Assembly (NCBI GenBank): GCA_963827865.1
Contig: CAWHCO010000005.1
Coordinates: forward strand, 43,068 to 107,067
Length of the DNA: 64,000 bases
Source of the DNA: an uncultured bacterium
GTDB taxonomy: Bacteria; Actinomycetota; Acidimicrobiia; Spongiisociales; UBA4744
Direction: 5' to 3'
Below, in pieces: positions 1 through 9,796 of this stretch; position 1 is the first letter of the stretch, and each line of letters begins with the position of its first letter. Made by a program: the position numbers and the translations under genes. The notes below the pieces were generated by a model that was not told the origin of the DNA, searched no databases, and worked only from the letters and a program-made list of their open reading frames with translations.

Positions 1-684
1 CATCGCTATGCGTTCGAGACCCATGCCGGTATCGATACTCTTCGCCGGCAGGTCCCCGACCACGTGATAGGGCCGATCCTGTACATACTGCATGAACACG
101 AGGTTCCAGATCTCGACGAAGCGTTCCTCGTCCACGGCAGGCCCCCCGTCGACTCCGTACCGTGCGCCCCTGTCATAGAAGATCTCGGATGACGGTCCAG
201 CAGGCCCGGCCACTCCCATCTGCCAGAAGTTGTCGTTGCCTCGACGCTGCACCCGGCTCGCCGGCACCCCGACTCCGTCGATCCAGATGGCAGCTGCCTC
301 GTCGTCGGTCTCGTGAACCGTGAACCACAGCAACTGGGGATCTATGCCGAACACATCGGTGACGAGTTCATAGGCGTACGGGATCGCCTTCTCTTTGAAG
401 TAGTCCCCGAAGCTGAAGTTACCCAGCATCTCGAAGAACGTGAAGTGGCGTGCTGTCGTGCCGATGATGTCGATATCGACGGCCCGAAAGACCTTCTGCA
501 CCGATGTGGCGCGCGGGAATGCGGGTTGCTCTTCGCCCAGGAAGTATGGTTTGAATGGCACCATCCCCGCGTTGGTCAGTAGCAGAGTCGGATCGACGGG
601 AATGAGGGGTGCGGACGACCGGACCGTATGGCCCCGTTCCTCGAAGAAGCGCAGAAATGACGAACGTATGCGTGGTGATTCCAT
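1..684 (-). CDS. alaS: Alanine--tRNA ligase, N-terminal part (gene continues beyond left edge)
   Basis: Absent from the ORF track because it runs off the window. The reverse complement of 1-684 reads [52 protein letters not shown]..., the conserved AlaRS N-terminus. ATG at 684-682. Confidence 0.9.
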   Translation of the reverse strand, partial: MESPRIRSSFLRFFEERGHTVRSSAPLIPVDPTLLLTNAGMVPFKPYFLGEEQPAFPRATSVQKVFRAVDIDIIGTTARHFTFFEMLGNFSFGDYFKEKAIPYAYELVTDVFGIDPQLLWFTVHETDDEAAAIWIDGVGVPASRVQRRGNDNFWQMGVAGPAGPSSEIFYDRGARYGVDGGPAVDEERFVEIWNLVFMQYVQDRPYHVVGDLPAKSIDTGMGLERIAM

Positions 685-696
685 GGGCGCTCCAGG

Positions 697-885
697 TTAG
701 TTGGAGGCCCGAGCCAGACGAGTCCCACCGGCGTCGAGCAGATCGGCCACGACCAGGGCCCCATTGCGGGCGAGGTTCGCCGGTGTCATCGCCGCTCGAG
801 CTCGTTCCACACGGCGGAGAACGCGTACCGTTCCCCAGGCACCGGCGAGAGCGCCGGCGACGAACCACCACAGTCTCACCATCAT
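697..885 (-). CDS. Small hypothetical protein with one hydrophobic helix
   Basis: 62-aa ORF filling the gap between rarA and alaS. Hydrophobic segment LWWFVAGALAGAWG. No family recognised. Confidence 0.4.
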   Translation of the reverse strand: MMVRLWWFVAGALAGAWGTVRVLRRVERARAAMTPANLARNGALVVADLLDAGGTRLARASN

Positions 886-894
886 GCGAGCAGG

Positions 895-2226
895 TTAGCG
901 CTCCCTCGGATCCTCCCGACGAGCGTTCCAGGCGTCGACGCGCTCGGCGATCGTTCCTTCGTCTCCCTGAGTTCCCGGCTCGAACAGCCGGATATCAATG
1001 GACTCGTCTGGGAGGTACTGCTGCACGACGAAGTGCCCCTCGTAGTCGTGGGGATAGCGGTATTCGGTGCCGTGACCGATCGTGCGCGCCACGCGGTAGG
1101 AGCCGTCCCTGAGATGTGGAGGCACCTCGGCACCCGCGGTCGCTTCAACCGCGGCTATCGCCTTGGCGATCGTCGCCGCAATGGTGTTCGACTTCGGCGA
1201 CGTCGCGAGGTAGATCGCGGCGTGCGTCAGCGCGTAGCCTGCTTCGGGGAGACCCACATACGCGAGCGCCCGAGATGCCGCTACGGCGAGCGGGAGAGCG
1301 TGCCGGTCGGCCAGCCCGATGTCCTCGGAGGCGAAGATGATCATGCGTCGTGCGATGAACTCCGGATCCTCACCCGCTTCGAGCATCGTGTGCAGCCAGT
1401 AGACGGCGGCATCGGGATCCGAACCGCGCATGCTCTTGATGAACGCAGAGATGATGTCGTAGTGTCGATCGCCGGACTTGTCGTAGCGTACGATGCGCCG
1501 TTGCAGCGCCTCGGCTATGTCTGCCTCCGTGATCGCCGTCTTCGCCGCTCCGATCGCCAGACCGGCAGCGACTTCCAGACCGTTCAGCGCCAGGCGAGCA
1601 TCTCCGCCAACCCGCTCGGCGAGCGCCGTGCAGGCGTCGTCGTCGATCGTGAGACCCTGCCCTCCAAGGCCCCGTTCCGGGTCGGCCATGGCACGTCTGA
1701 GCAGCACCTCGAGGTCCTCCGGATCGATGCGTTCCAGTCGAAACAGACTCGCCCTCGAGATCAGTGGGGAGTTCACCTCGAAGAACGGATTCTCCGTCGT
1801 GGCCCCGATGAGGATGAGCGTCCCGTCTTCAACACCAGGGAGCAACGCATCCTGTTGCGACTTCGAGAACCGGTGGATCTCGTCGAGAAACAAGACGGTT
1901 CTCCGCTCTTCCTCGCCGAGCCGCCGGTCGGCGTCGTCGAGGATTCGCCGGACGTCCTTTACACCTGCCGATGTCGCGGACAGCTGCTCGAACCAGGCGT
2001 CGCCCGCGGCAAGGCGAGCGAGGGTGGTCTTGCCCGTTCCAGGAGGACCCCAGAGAATCATCGACATCAGCCGGCCCGACTCGACAAGTCCGCGGAAGGC
2101 AGCGCCCCTCCCGACCAGGTGCGCCTGCCCGACGATCTCGTCCAGTGCGGCCGGGCGCATTCGAGCTGCAAGCGGGGCGACCCTCGCCTTCACCTCCGCT
2201 CGACGTGCCTCGAACAGATCTCCCAT
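895..2226 (-). CDS. rarA: Replication-associated recombination protein A (AAA ATPase RarA/MgsA)
   Basis: 443 aa. Walker A GPPGTGKTTLARL and Walker B LFLDEIHRF. The C-terminal MgsA-type region and the position between aspS and alaS match actinobacterial synteny. Confidence 0.9.
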   Translation of the reverse strand: MGDLFEARRAEVKARVAPLAARMRPAALDEIVGQAHLVGRGAAFRGLVESGRLMSMILWGPPGTGKTTLARLAAGDAWFEQLSATSAGVKDVRRILDDADRRLGEEERRTVLFLDEIHRFSKSQQDALLPGVEDGTLILIGATTENPFFEVNSPLISRASLFRLERIDPEDLEVLLRRAMADPERGLGGQGLTIDDDACTALAERVGGDARLALNGLEVAAGLAIGAAKTAITEADIAEALQRRIVRYDKSGDRHYDIISAFIKSMRGSDPDAAVYWLHTMLEAGEDPEFIARRMIIFASEDIGLADRHALPLAVAASRALAYVGLPEAGYALTHAAIYLATSPKSNTIAATIAKAIAAVEATAGAEVPPHLRDGSYRVARTIGHGTEYRYPHDYEGHFVVQQYLPDESIDIRLFEPGTQGDEGTIAERVDAWNARREDPRER

Positions 2227-2227
2227 G

Positions 2228-3988
2228 TCAACCTTCTGCCTTCACCTCCGGCCGGAGAGCGATCCCCAGTTCCCGAAGCTGTTCGTCGTCGACCGAGGTC
2301 GGCGAGCCGCTCATCGGATCGGTACCCGTTTGGGTCTTGGGAAACGGGATCACCTCCCGGATGGATCTTTCTCCTTGCAGTATCGCGAGCAGGCGGTCGA
2401 TACCCACCGCGAACCCCGCGTGGGGCGGTGTACCGAACCGGAGCCCCTTCACGAACCAGCCGAACCGTCGCTCGGCTTCCTCTAGGCCGATGCCGAGGAT
2501 GTCGAACACCTGCTGTTGGACCACCGGATCATGAATCCTGACACTCCCCGATCCCAGCTCGGAGCCGTTGAGAACGAGGTCGTACGATTTCGAGATCGCT
2601 GTTTCGGGTGAGGTGCGCATCTCGTTCACGTCGATAGGAGCGGTGAACGGGTGGTGGGCGGGCGAGAGGCTTCCGTGGTCGTCGACGTCGAACACCGGGA
2701 AGTCGATGACCCACAGGAATGCCAGTTCGTCATGACCCTTCGGCTGCCCCAGGTCGAGGCGAAGTTGACCGAGCACGGTGCTCGCCTTCTTGGACTCGTC
2801 GGCGACGAGCAACAGCAGATCGCCGGGCCGTGCATCGAACATCTCGACGATGCTCGCCTGCTCCTCGTCGGACAGGAACTTGGCAATCGACGATCGCAGC
2901 CCCGCCTCTTCGAGCACCACCGAGATGAGACCCTTCGCCCCCAGGTCCCGGGCCCGGTCGGTCAGCGCATCGAGGGCGGATCGGGACAGGCCGGCACTGC
3001 CTGCGTTGATGCCCTTGACAGCGCCCCCTTCGGCGACCGTCGACGCAAATACACCGAACGCCGAGTCCGCGACGAGGCCGCTTATGTCGTGGATCTCCAT
3101 GCCGAACCGGAGGTCGGGCTTGTCGGTCCCATAGCGCTCCATGACGTCGGCATAGGTGAAGCGACGGAACGGAGTCGGTACTGAGACGCTCCTCACACGT
3201 TCGACGACGGCGGCGATGACGGTCTCGAGCGTCTGGAACACCCCTTCTCTGCCCCAGAAGGCGCCCTCGAGATCGAGCTGGATGAACTCCAGCTGCCGGT
3301 CGCTTCGGAAGTCCTCGTCGCGATAGCATCGGGCGATCTGGTAGTACCGGTCTACCCCGGAGACCATGAGGAGCTGCTTGAACAGCTGAGGCGATTGCGG
3401 CAGCGCATAGAAGGAGCCCTTGCGAAGACGTGATGGGACCAGGACGTCCCTGGCGCCCTCCGGTGTCGAGCGGATCAGGGTGGGTGTGTCGACGTCCATG
3501 AACCCCAATCCATCGAGCACTTCCCGCATCGCCCGAAAGGCCGTCGATCGGGCCCGGAGGTTCGCCGCCATACGTGGGGTGCGCAGGTCCAGGAACCGGT
3601 ACTCGAGCCGGATTCGTTCGTCGATGTCCACCCGATCGTCGAGCATGAACGGCAGTGTCTCTGCAGCCGACAACACGGTCAGTTCTTCGACGGCCACCTC
3701 GACCATGCCTGTCGGCATCTCCGGGTTCTTGGTTCCCTCAGGACGTGCCCGCACCATACCCCGCAGTGAAACGACGTACTCGAGCTTCAGGCTCTTGGCG
3801 TCAGGGATATCGGCGGGGTCGACGACCGCCTGCACGATGCCTGACGCGTCCCGAAGATCGATGAAGATGATTGCGCCGTGGTCGCGACGGCGGCCCACCC
3901 ACCCTGCGATGCGCACGGTGTCGCCTACGCGCTCTTCGGTCACGTGCCCCGCGTACGTGTCCCGATACTCCACGTCTACCTGAGCCAT
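2228..3988 (-). CDS. aspS: Aspartate--tRNA ligase
   Basis: The ORF track gives 2228-4066. The conserved N-terminus MAQVDVEYRDTYAGHVT starts at the ATG at 3988. Class II motifs are present (FRDEDFRSDRQLEF, GSVRIHD, GGFAVGIDRL). The upstream 26 aa are Gly/Arg-rich and overlap the hisS 3-prime end. Confidence 0.95.
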   Translation of the reverse strand: MAQVDVEYRDTYAGHVTEERVGDTVRIAGWVGRRRDHGAIIFIDLRDASGIVQAVVDPADIPDAKSLKLEYVVSLRGMVRARPEGTKNPEMPTGMVEVAVEELTVLSAAETLPFMLDDRVDIDERIRLEYRFLDLRTPRMAANLRARSTAFRAMREVLDGLGFMDVDTPTLIRSTPEGARDVLVPSRLRKGSFYALPQSPQLFKQLLMVSGVDRYYQIARCYRDEDFRSDRQLEFIQLDLEGAFWGREGVFQTLETVIAAVVERVRSVSVPTPFRRFTYADVMERYGTDKPDLRFGMEIHDISGLVADSAFGVFASTVAEGGAVKGINAGSAGLSRSALDALTDRARDLGAKGLISVVLEEAGLRSSIAKFLSDEEQASIVEMFDARPGDLLLLVADESKKASTVLGQLRLDLGQPKGHDELAFLWVIDFPVFDVDDHGSLSPAHHPFTAPIDVNEMRTSPETAISKSYDLVLNGSELGSGSVRIHDPVVQQQVFDILGIGLEEAERRFGWFVKGLRFGTPPHAGFAVGIDRLLAILQGERSIREVIPFPKTQTGTDPMSGSPTSVDDEQLRELGIALRPEVKAEG

Positions 3989-5199
3989 TCCGAAACCTCC
4001 TCGACGGGTGCCTCTCGTTGGTCCCCCGTCGCCATATCTCTTACGGTCACCGCCCCCCGGTGCCACTCGTTCCCGATCACGAGGACCTTCGGTGCCTCCC
4101 TGCGGGAAGCGACCTTGAACTGGGCCTTGACAGAGCGCCCATCGGCGTCATAGTCGACCCGGAACCCATCGGCACGCAAACCGGAGACCAGTCGCGTCGC
4201 CTCGGTCCGCATCTGTTCGTCGGCCACCACGACAAATGCGTCGAGTGTCACATCTTCGTCGATCTCCCCCAGGGCAAGCACCATGCGATCGAGTCCCAGG
4301 GCGAAACCGACGCCTGGGATGGGGTGCCCTCCGATCGATTCCGAGAGGCCGTCGTACCTTCCTCCTCCACCGACCGCGTTCTGCGCTGCATCGAGATCGG
4401 TGGCGATGTACTCGAAAGCCGTTCTGGTGTAGTAGTCGAGACCACGCACGAGGTGAGGATCCTCCACGAAGGGAACGCCCACGACGCCGAGTGTCTCCTT
4501 CACTGTCCGGTAGTGGGCGCTGCACGCATCGCACAGATGGTCGACGGGCGTCGGAGCGTCGCCGAGAACGAGTTTGCAGATCTTGCAGTCGAGGACCCGC
4601 AAAGGGTTGGTGTCGATTCGTTGCCGGCTGTCTTCGCAGAGCCGGTCCTCTCGGGCCTTCAGGTACTCCCTCAGGAGCTCCTGATACGCAGGCCGGCAGA
4701 CCGGGTCCCCGATCGAGTTGAGGGTCACTGTCACATCGTCGAGCCCTATCTCGCGCAAGTAGCGGTAGCCGAGTTCGATGACCTCCGCGTCGGCGAGCGG
4801 AGAGTCGCTTCCGAGATACTCGACGTCGAGTTGGTAGAACTGCCGTCTCCTACCCGCCTGGGGACGCTCGTATCGAAACATCGGTCCCCAACTCGCCGCC
4901 TTGCGCACACCAGACCCACCTGCCTGTTGGTGTGCCCGCATGACCGAAGGTGTCGCTTCGGGCCGGAGGGTCAATGAGCGCCCCCCCTTGTCGGTGAAGG
5001 TGTACATCTGCTTCTGAACGATCTCGGTGTCTTCCCCCGAGCCTCTCGAGAAGAGTTCGGTTGCCTCGAAGAGCGGAGTGATGATGAGGTCGTAGCCGAA
5101 TCGCTCGGTGATCTGATCCCAGATGCGGAGCATCCGCCGCCACGTTCTGGACGCGGGTGCGAGCACGTCATCGGTGCCTTTGGGTGCGCGAATGGTCAT
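3976..5199 (-). CDS. hisS: Histidine--tRNA ligase
   Basis: 407 aa. MTIRAPKGTDDVLAP..., FRYERPQAGRRRQFYQLDVE, GGGRYDGL; typical HisRS. Confidence 0.95.
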   Translation of the reverse strand: MTIRAPKGTDDVLAPASRTWRRMLRIWDQITERFGYDLIITPLFEATELFSRGSGEDTEIVQKQMYTFTDKGGRSLTLRPEATPSVMRAHQQAGGSGVRKAASWGPMFRYERPQAGRRRQFYQLDVEYLGSDSPLADAEVIELGYRYLREIGLDDVTVTLNSIGDPVCRPAYQELLREYLKAREDRLCEDSRQRIDTNPLRVLDCKICKLVLGDAPTPVDHLCDACSAHYRTVKETLGVVGVPFVEDPHLVRGLDYYTRTAFEYIATDLDAAQNAVGGGGRYDGLSESIGGHPIPGVGFALGLDRMVLALGEIDEDVTLDAFVVVADEQMRTEATRLVSGLRADGFRVDYDADGRSVKAQFKVASRREAPKVLVIGNEWHRGAVTVRDMATGDQREAPVEEVSEWLR

Positions 5200-5840
5200 C
5201 GAAGATCCCGGAGAAAAGGGTTGCTGCGGCGTTCGACTCGCATCGTAGTCGTGGGTCCGTGCCCCGGGTACACGGCCGTATCGTCCGGTAGCGGCAGGAT
5301 CTTGGAACGCATGCTCTCGAACATGGCCGGGAGGTCACCGCCTGGCAGGTCCGTACGTCCTATCGATCCTGCAAAGAGGTGATCGCCCGAGAACAGACGC
5401 CCCTCGACGAGAAAACAGCAGTGTCCCGGCGTGTGGCCGGGTGTGTGGATGACTTCGATGTCGAGGCCCGCAAGAAGCAGGCGCGATCCGCCGACCAGCC
5501 GTTCCACACCCTCCAAGAGCCGCATCGGTTCCTCGTAGGCGCCCAACAGCGCTCTGAGTTGTGTTCCCGGGTCGAATGTGAGGAAGTCGTCATCGGGATG
5601 AACGTAGGCAGCGATCCCCGCCTGGTGGCACACCTCCTGTGCGCCACCGGTGTGATCCACGTGTCCGTGGGTGAGGAGCAGCGCTACCGGGGCCAGTGTG
5701 TGCCGATCGACGAGCGCCAGCACTCCATCGGGGTCGGGTGGTGCGTCGACGATGACACACGGCCCGCCCGGCTCGCGCGCGACCACATACGTGTTCGTGG
5801 CGGCAAGCCAGAGGGTGTCGCTGTCGACGAGCATCGCCAC
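5196..5840 (-). CDS. MBL-fold metallo-hydrolase (hydroxyacylglutathione hydrolase-like)
   Basis: 214 aa with the THGHVDHTGG metal motif and later HTPGHTPGH. Same position as the glyoxalase II-like gene next to hisS in mycobacteria. Confidence 0.85.
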   Translation of the reverse strand: MAMLVDSDTLWLAATNTYVVAREPGGPCVIVDAPPDPDGVLALVDRHTLAPVALLLTHGHVDHTGGAQEVCHQAGIAAYVHPDDDFLTFDPGTQLRALLGAYEEPMRLLEGVERLVGGSRLLLAGLDIEVIHTPGHTPGHCCFLVEGRLFSGDHLFAGSIGRTDLPGGDLPAMFESMRSKILPLPDDTAVYPGHGPTTTMRVERRSNPFLRDLR

Positions 5841-5856
5841 AGCCTACCGCGGGGTG

Positions 5857-7395
5857 TCAGGGCCTGGCCCAGTCCGGAAGTTTCACTTCCCGCCAGTCGT
5901 CGTAGCTCCAGTCGGTGTCGAGCAGCGGAAACATCGGGGGGCGAACGTACTCGAGCCGTGGATCGAACCCATACTCCCGGTACGTGATGTGCGCCGCGAT
6001 ATCCCCGACGTGTGGGGTCGCGATCGAGCCGTAGGTGTACAGCGTCGAGTTGTAGGGAGCGTCACTCGCGAACCGCCATGCATCCGACTGGCCCAGCAAC
6101 GCTCCATTGATGTAGAGCTCGTGGTCCGATCCGACCGCATTCCCGTTGATGACGATCTCGTCGGATCCGATCATCGCCAGGACGTCGAGAGAGTCCGGAT
6201 CCTGGTAGAACGTGTCCGCGTCGATGATCACGTTCTTCGGAGAGGTGTCCGATCCCGCGTACATCGTGAGTGATCCCTTCAGCACGAAGTCGATGAGGCT
6301 GTCCCCATCCTGGGAAACGTCGACACCGACAGGCGACGACTGATATCCGACCACAAGGTGGGCGTTTGCCCACAACGTGCCATTGGCCGGGACATCGACC
6401 GTTCCCCAGACGGACCAGGACGCCGAGTCGGCGTATGTCCACCACCAGCTCTCGCTGTGGGAGGACGTGGACTTCCAGATGCGAAGCTTCCCGACACCCC
6501 CGGAGACATACGCCTGCACCCGCCACGCGCGGGCGTCGGAGTCGTTGAGGCAGACACCGCCCGAACCGCATGCCGATTGACGCACCAGCGTCAAGTCGTC
6601 CCAGAAGTCGCCGAAGTTCAACGGCTGCGGATACACGTCTCGAATGTCGCCGAAGGTAGCGGAGGAGACGCCCTGATAGCCCTGGGCACCGTCGGCGAAC
6701 GTCGTGGGAGCACCCGTGATCTTGTGCTCCGCGAAGATGTCGCCATGAGCGACGGTGTCGGGACCGAAATCGAGGTCGCCACCGGCGTACACCTTGCCGA
6801 AGGTCTCTGCATAGGCTCCGTACGAGAGGTCACCCTGGGTCACCCGGAAGAACTCGGACAGTGCCGTCGCGTGCACGTTGGCCGTGATCGCCCGCCGCTG
6901 TATCGAGTCGCCGCGCTTGCCGACCACCATCAACTCGACCATGCCACTGGGAGACGGGGTCACCTCCAGGAGCGTGCCGATGTCGTTGCCGGCTCCGGTG
7001 GCATCCAGAACAGGGTGCACGAACCAGTCCGTGACACCGTCACCGTTGGGATCAGGGTCTTCGTAGGTCCACGATAGGCATCCAGAGTCCCAGGGGTTGC
7101 CTGGTTCTACGAGGTCCCCGTAGGAGGCTGCCGTGGTCGTCTGGCACCGTCGCGCACGTTCTGCCTCGTCGACCCAGTGCAGGTAGTAGCGGGCGTCGAT
7201 CGTCAGCTTCGCGGCGTACCGATCGAGGATCGCCTCGGCCCCTGCAACGACAACGTCCTCTTTCTCTTGTGTTGCCGCGTCGCGGTACTGGCTGGTCGCG
7301 ACTTTCAGCAGCAGCGCCACGGCGACGCTGATGAACAGCATCAACGCCATGACCGTGGCTATCGCCATGCCCTCTTGGTTTCTAAGACGAGGCAT
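5857..7395 (-). CDS. PilX/GspK-like pilus-associated protein (N-terminal hydrophobic anchor, large beta-rich C-terminal domain)
   Basis: 512 aa. The N-terminus NQEGMAIATVMALMLFISVAVALLL resembles the PilX N-terminal segment (Gly followed by a hydrophobic helix, no Glu at +5). It overlaps the upstream pilin gene by 14 nt. Confidence 0.55.
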   Translation of the reverse strand: MPRLRNQEGMAIATVMALMLFISVAVALLLKVATSQYRDAATQEKEDVVVAGAEAILDRYAAKLTIDARYYLHWVDEAERARRCQTTTAASYGDLVEPGNPWDSGCLSWTYEDPDPNGDGVTDWFVHPVLDATGAGNDIGTLLEVTPSPSGMVELMVVGKRGDSIQRRAITANVHATALSEFFRVTQGDLSYGAYAETFGKVYAGGDLDFGPDTVAHGDIFAEHKITGAPTTFADGAQGYQGVSSATFGDIRDVYPQPLNFGDFWDDLTLVRQSACGSGGVCLNDSDARAWRVQAYVSGGVGKLRIWKSTSSHSESWWWTYADSASWSVWGTVDVPANGTLWANAHLVVGYQSSPVGVDVSQDGDSLIDFVLKGSLTMYAGSDTSPKNVIIDADTFYQDPDSLDVLAMIGSDEIVINGNAVGSDHELYINGALLGQSDAWRFASDAPYNSTLYTYGSIATPHVGDIAAHITYREYGFDPRLEYVRPPMFPLLDTDWSYDDWREVKLPDWARP

Positions 7396-8080
7396 TGCGC
7401 AACCTCACTTCCTCGTGAAGGAGGAGCGGATCGAAGCCCAGCCGATCCGAGTACTTGACTCGCAGATCGATGGTGATTAGCGGTGCATCACAGATCTTCG
7501 GCGGGATGGCGCTGTTACAGGAGCTGACGACTGATCGTGTCGCCGGATCCCCGATCCACTCGACTGCCTGGAACAAGGGTCCGTAGGTCGTCCCGGGATC
7601 GGCGACGACTCCCTGCAGGACGATCCGCTGACTGATGACCCTTCCGTAGAGGAACTTCCAATTGGGCGGATGCGAGTCGGTATCCGGTTCGTAAACCGTC
7701 TCCTGAAGATCGCAGACGCCTCCATCGCTTCCGTCCGTGCAGTTGATCAACTCGTAGACGTATTTCTCGGGTTCGGGGTGTGGAGGCCGACGGTCGCTGT
7801 AGAAGGCGATCATGTTCCAATCGAGTTCCTGAACCGCTCGACTTCGGGCGATCGTCTCAGGCTGGTCGGCCTGTCGGAGTTCGATAACCAGGTTCTCCAG
7901 CACGGGTCGTGCGTCCCGCTCGACTTGTGCAATGAGATCCTGGTTCGACACGTTGTGGAGGAGCCCTGTCACGATGGCAGCCACCGACACCAACGTGATC
8001 GTCAGGACCAACGACACGACCATCAGTTCCACGAGCGTGAAACCACGGTCGTCGTGCAGGCGCTTCACGGCGCTGGACAT
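7382..8080 (-). CDS. Prepilin-type N-terminal cleavage/methylation domain protein (minor pilin, PilW-like)
   Basis: 232 aa. The class III signal HDDRG|FTLVELMVVSLVLTITLV has Gly-Phe at the cleavage site and Glu at +5. Confidence 0.7.
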   Translation of the reverse strand: MSSAVKRLHDDRGFTLVELMVVSLVLTITLVSVAAIVTGLLHNVSNQDLIAQVERDARPVLENLVIELRQADQPETIARSRAVQELDWNMIAFYSDRRPPHPEPEKYVYELINCTDGSDGGVCDLQETVYEPDTDSHPPNWKFLYGRVISQRIVLQGVVADPGTTYGPLFQAVEWIGDPATRSVVSSCNSAIPPKICDAPLITIDLRVKYSDRLGFDPLLLHEEVRLRNASS

Positions 8081-9717
8081 GTCTGACTCCCATAGGTCGA
8101 CCAGACCACGTGGTCACCACTTCCGACGTTGAGCGGGGACGACCTCCAGCCGCTGCCCTGCGTGATGCGCGTACCGTCGAAACAGACCTTCGTGACCTTC
8201 CAACTCCCATCTTCCACGGCCGCCGACCCAAGGCCGTCGACGTTGGGGAAGACGGACACGGTGTCATCGGGACTCCCGCGACGTGGCAGGTACTCATAGT
8301 GGTCGACACCCAGGTTGTTGTCGGTGAAGGTGATGAGTCCGTATCCGGAGGGGGTACTCAAGGCAATCGTGATCTCCGCATCCCCTGTCAAGAGCACGCT
8401 CTGGGTGGCCGAGCTGTGGCCGTAATGGGATGAGACATCCACCGTGACCAGAGGGTTCAGTCCTTCGATGAAGGCGGAGACGGTACCGGTTCCGTCCGTC
8501 GTGTAGGTGGTGGTGCCGTTCAGGTCGGTGACGTCGACATCGACGTCACTCAGCTTCACGCCCACGCCGTCGAGAACATGCACCGTCAGTGTCGAGCCGG
8601 AGGCGGCGTCCAGAGAGAACGTCTCCGTGTGATCCGTCACGTCCGGGTAGCCGGCGGGAACCGTCACATTGGGGCGAAGGACTTCGCCGTAGCCGAGGAT
8701 GTGGATGTCGAAGGAGTAGTCACCCGGCACCAGCGGGTATCCGTCGATCTCCTCGATGTCCCAACCGCTTCCATTCCACTCGGGATCGCTGGGGGTGAAC
8801 GTATGATCGCCGGTTGGTCCGTTCAGGACGAGCGTTCCGGTGCCGCTCACCGGTGAGCCGTCGGAGCTGTCCTCCAGCGCGACGTGCAACTCCGCCGGTA
8901 GATAGATCCGCAGGTTCATGTTCCCCGTCTCCGTCGGAGATACATGCACTCTGTCCGATCCAGACGTCAGATCCTCGGGATACAGGTACCAATGCACGGT
9001 GGACGAAGACGTGTCCGAGAGATGTGCGCCGAGCCTTCCGTAGTAGTAGTACTTGGGGCTGCTCTCTGCGTTGGAGTCGACGCCAACGAACACTTGCTCA
9101 TCGGACGAGGAGCCCGGGTGCGCGATGCTTCCGGAGTCGTCGTCATAGACAAGGAAGGCCTTCGGATACGGAAGAATGCTCGGGTCCTTTCCCGCTGGTT
9201 CGACCTTCGTCAGGTCCACGATGACATTCGAGAGATTGTCGTTGGCGGCGAGCGAGGGTGGGGCGACGATGGTCGTCATCTTCACCGGCGTGTAACTACC
9301 GTCGGAGCGCTGCACGGTCACGACGACCTGCTTGAAGTCGATCCCGGAGTTGTAGTGGCCCTCGACGCCGTCCCCGCCCTGGGGGATCACGTTTCCACCG
9401 CTCGCGCTTCCGAAGTACGACACATCGGTGTCGACCGTGTAGCTGGCGCCGCTCACGGTGACCGTCTCGCTGGGTTCGAGAACACCGCTCGGTACCGACG
9501 CCGTGTAGCCCACGTCCTTGTAGGACAGGCTTCGGATCTCCTCGATACGCCCCTGGGCCAGATTGCTCTCGATCGTCTTCACCTTGGACCTGTCCAGGAG
9601 GTTGAAACCGGTCGAAGTCGGCCCCACCGTCATCAAGATGATGATGCCGATGATGACGAGCGCGATCGTAAGCTCGACGACGGTGAACCCGTCCTCCTTC
9701 GAAAGGTGGGATGCCAT
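8065..9717 (-). CDS. Prepilin-type N-terminal cleavage/methylation domain protein (PilV-like) with long beta-sandwich C-terminal extension
   Basis: 550 aa. SKEDG|FTVVELTIALVIIGIIIL is followed by LAQGRIEEIRSL, a PilV-like helix. The C-terminal 350 aa contain carboxypeptidase-regulatory-like strings (TLTVHVLDGVGVKLSDVDVDVTDLNGTTTYTTDGTGTV). Confidence 0.7.
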   Translation of the reverse strand: MASHLSKEDGFTVVELTIALVIIGIIILMTVGPTSTGFNLLDRSKVKTIESNLAQGRIEEIRSLSYKDVGYTASVPSGVLEPSETVTVSGASYTVDTDVSYFGSASGGNVIPQGGDGVEGHYNSGIDFKQVVVTVQRSDGSYTPVKMTTIVAPPSLAANDNLSNVIVDLTKVEPAGKDPSILPYPKAFLVYDDDSGSIAHPGSSSDEQVFVGVDSNAESSPKYYYYGRLGAHLSDTSSSTVHWYLYPEDLTSGSDRVHVSPTETGNMNLRIYLPAELHVALEDSSDGSPVSGTGTLVLNGPTGDHTFTPSDPEWNGSGWDIEEIDGYPLVPGDYSFDIHILGYGEVLRPNVTVPAGYPDVTDHTETFSLDAASGSTLTVHVLDGVGVKLSDVDVDVTDLNGTTTYTTDGTGTVSAFIEGLNPLVTVDVSSHYGHSSATQSVLLTGDAEITIALSTPSGYGLITFTDNNLGVDHYEYLPRRGSPDDTVSVFPNVDGLGSAAVEDGSWKVTKVCFDGTRITQGSGWRSSPLNVGSGDHVVWSTYGSQTCPAP

Positions 9718-9796
9718 GCGGTAGCTATCGGCCGAAACGGCCTATCGGCTTAGTGAAATGTCGAGGGATCCGGAGAACGCACGAAGTGTCTAGTTC

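Noticed and set aside
1033-2541. Long plus-strand ORF (502 aa) overlapping rarA and aspS. Similar long antisense ORFs occur at 17186-18727, 19768-21144, 24997-26712, 34281-35177, 40977-41873, 48657-49517, 49856-50818, 50827-51711 and 61959-63521.
   Set aside because: All lie antisense to genes with clear family signatures. Their translations are Arg/Pro/Gly-rich low-complexity strings with no recognisable motifs. This is the expected shadow-ORF artefact of a high-GC genome.
9718-9796. Possible structured element (GGCC gaaac GGCC) between the relA stop and the pilin gene start.
   Set aside because: The stem is only 4-5 bp with imperfect flanks. That is too weak to call a terminator or regulatory hairpin.
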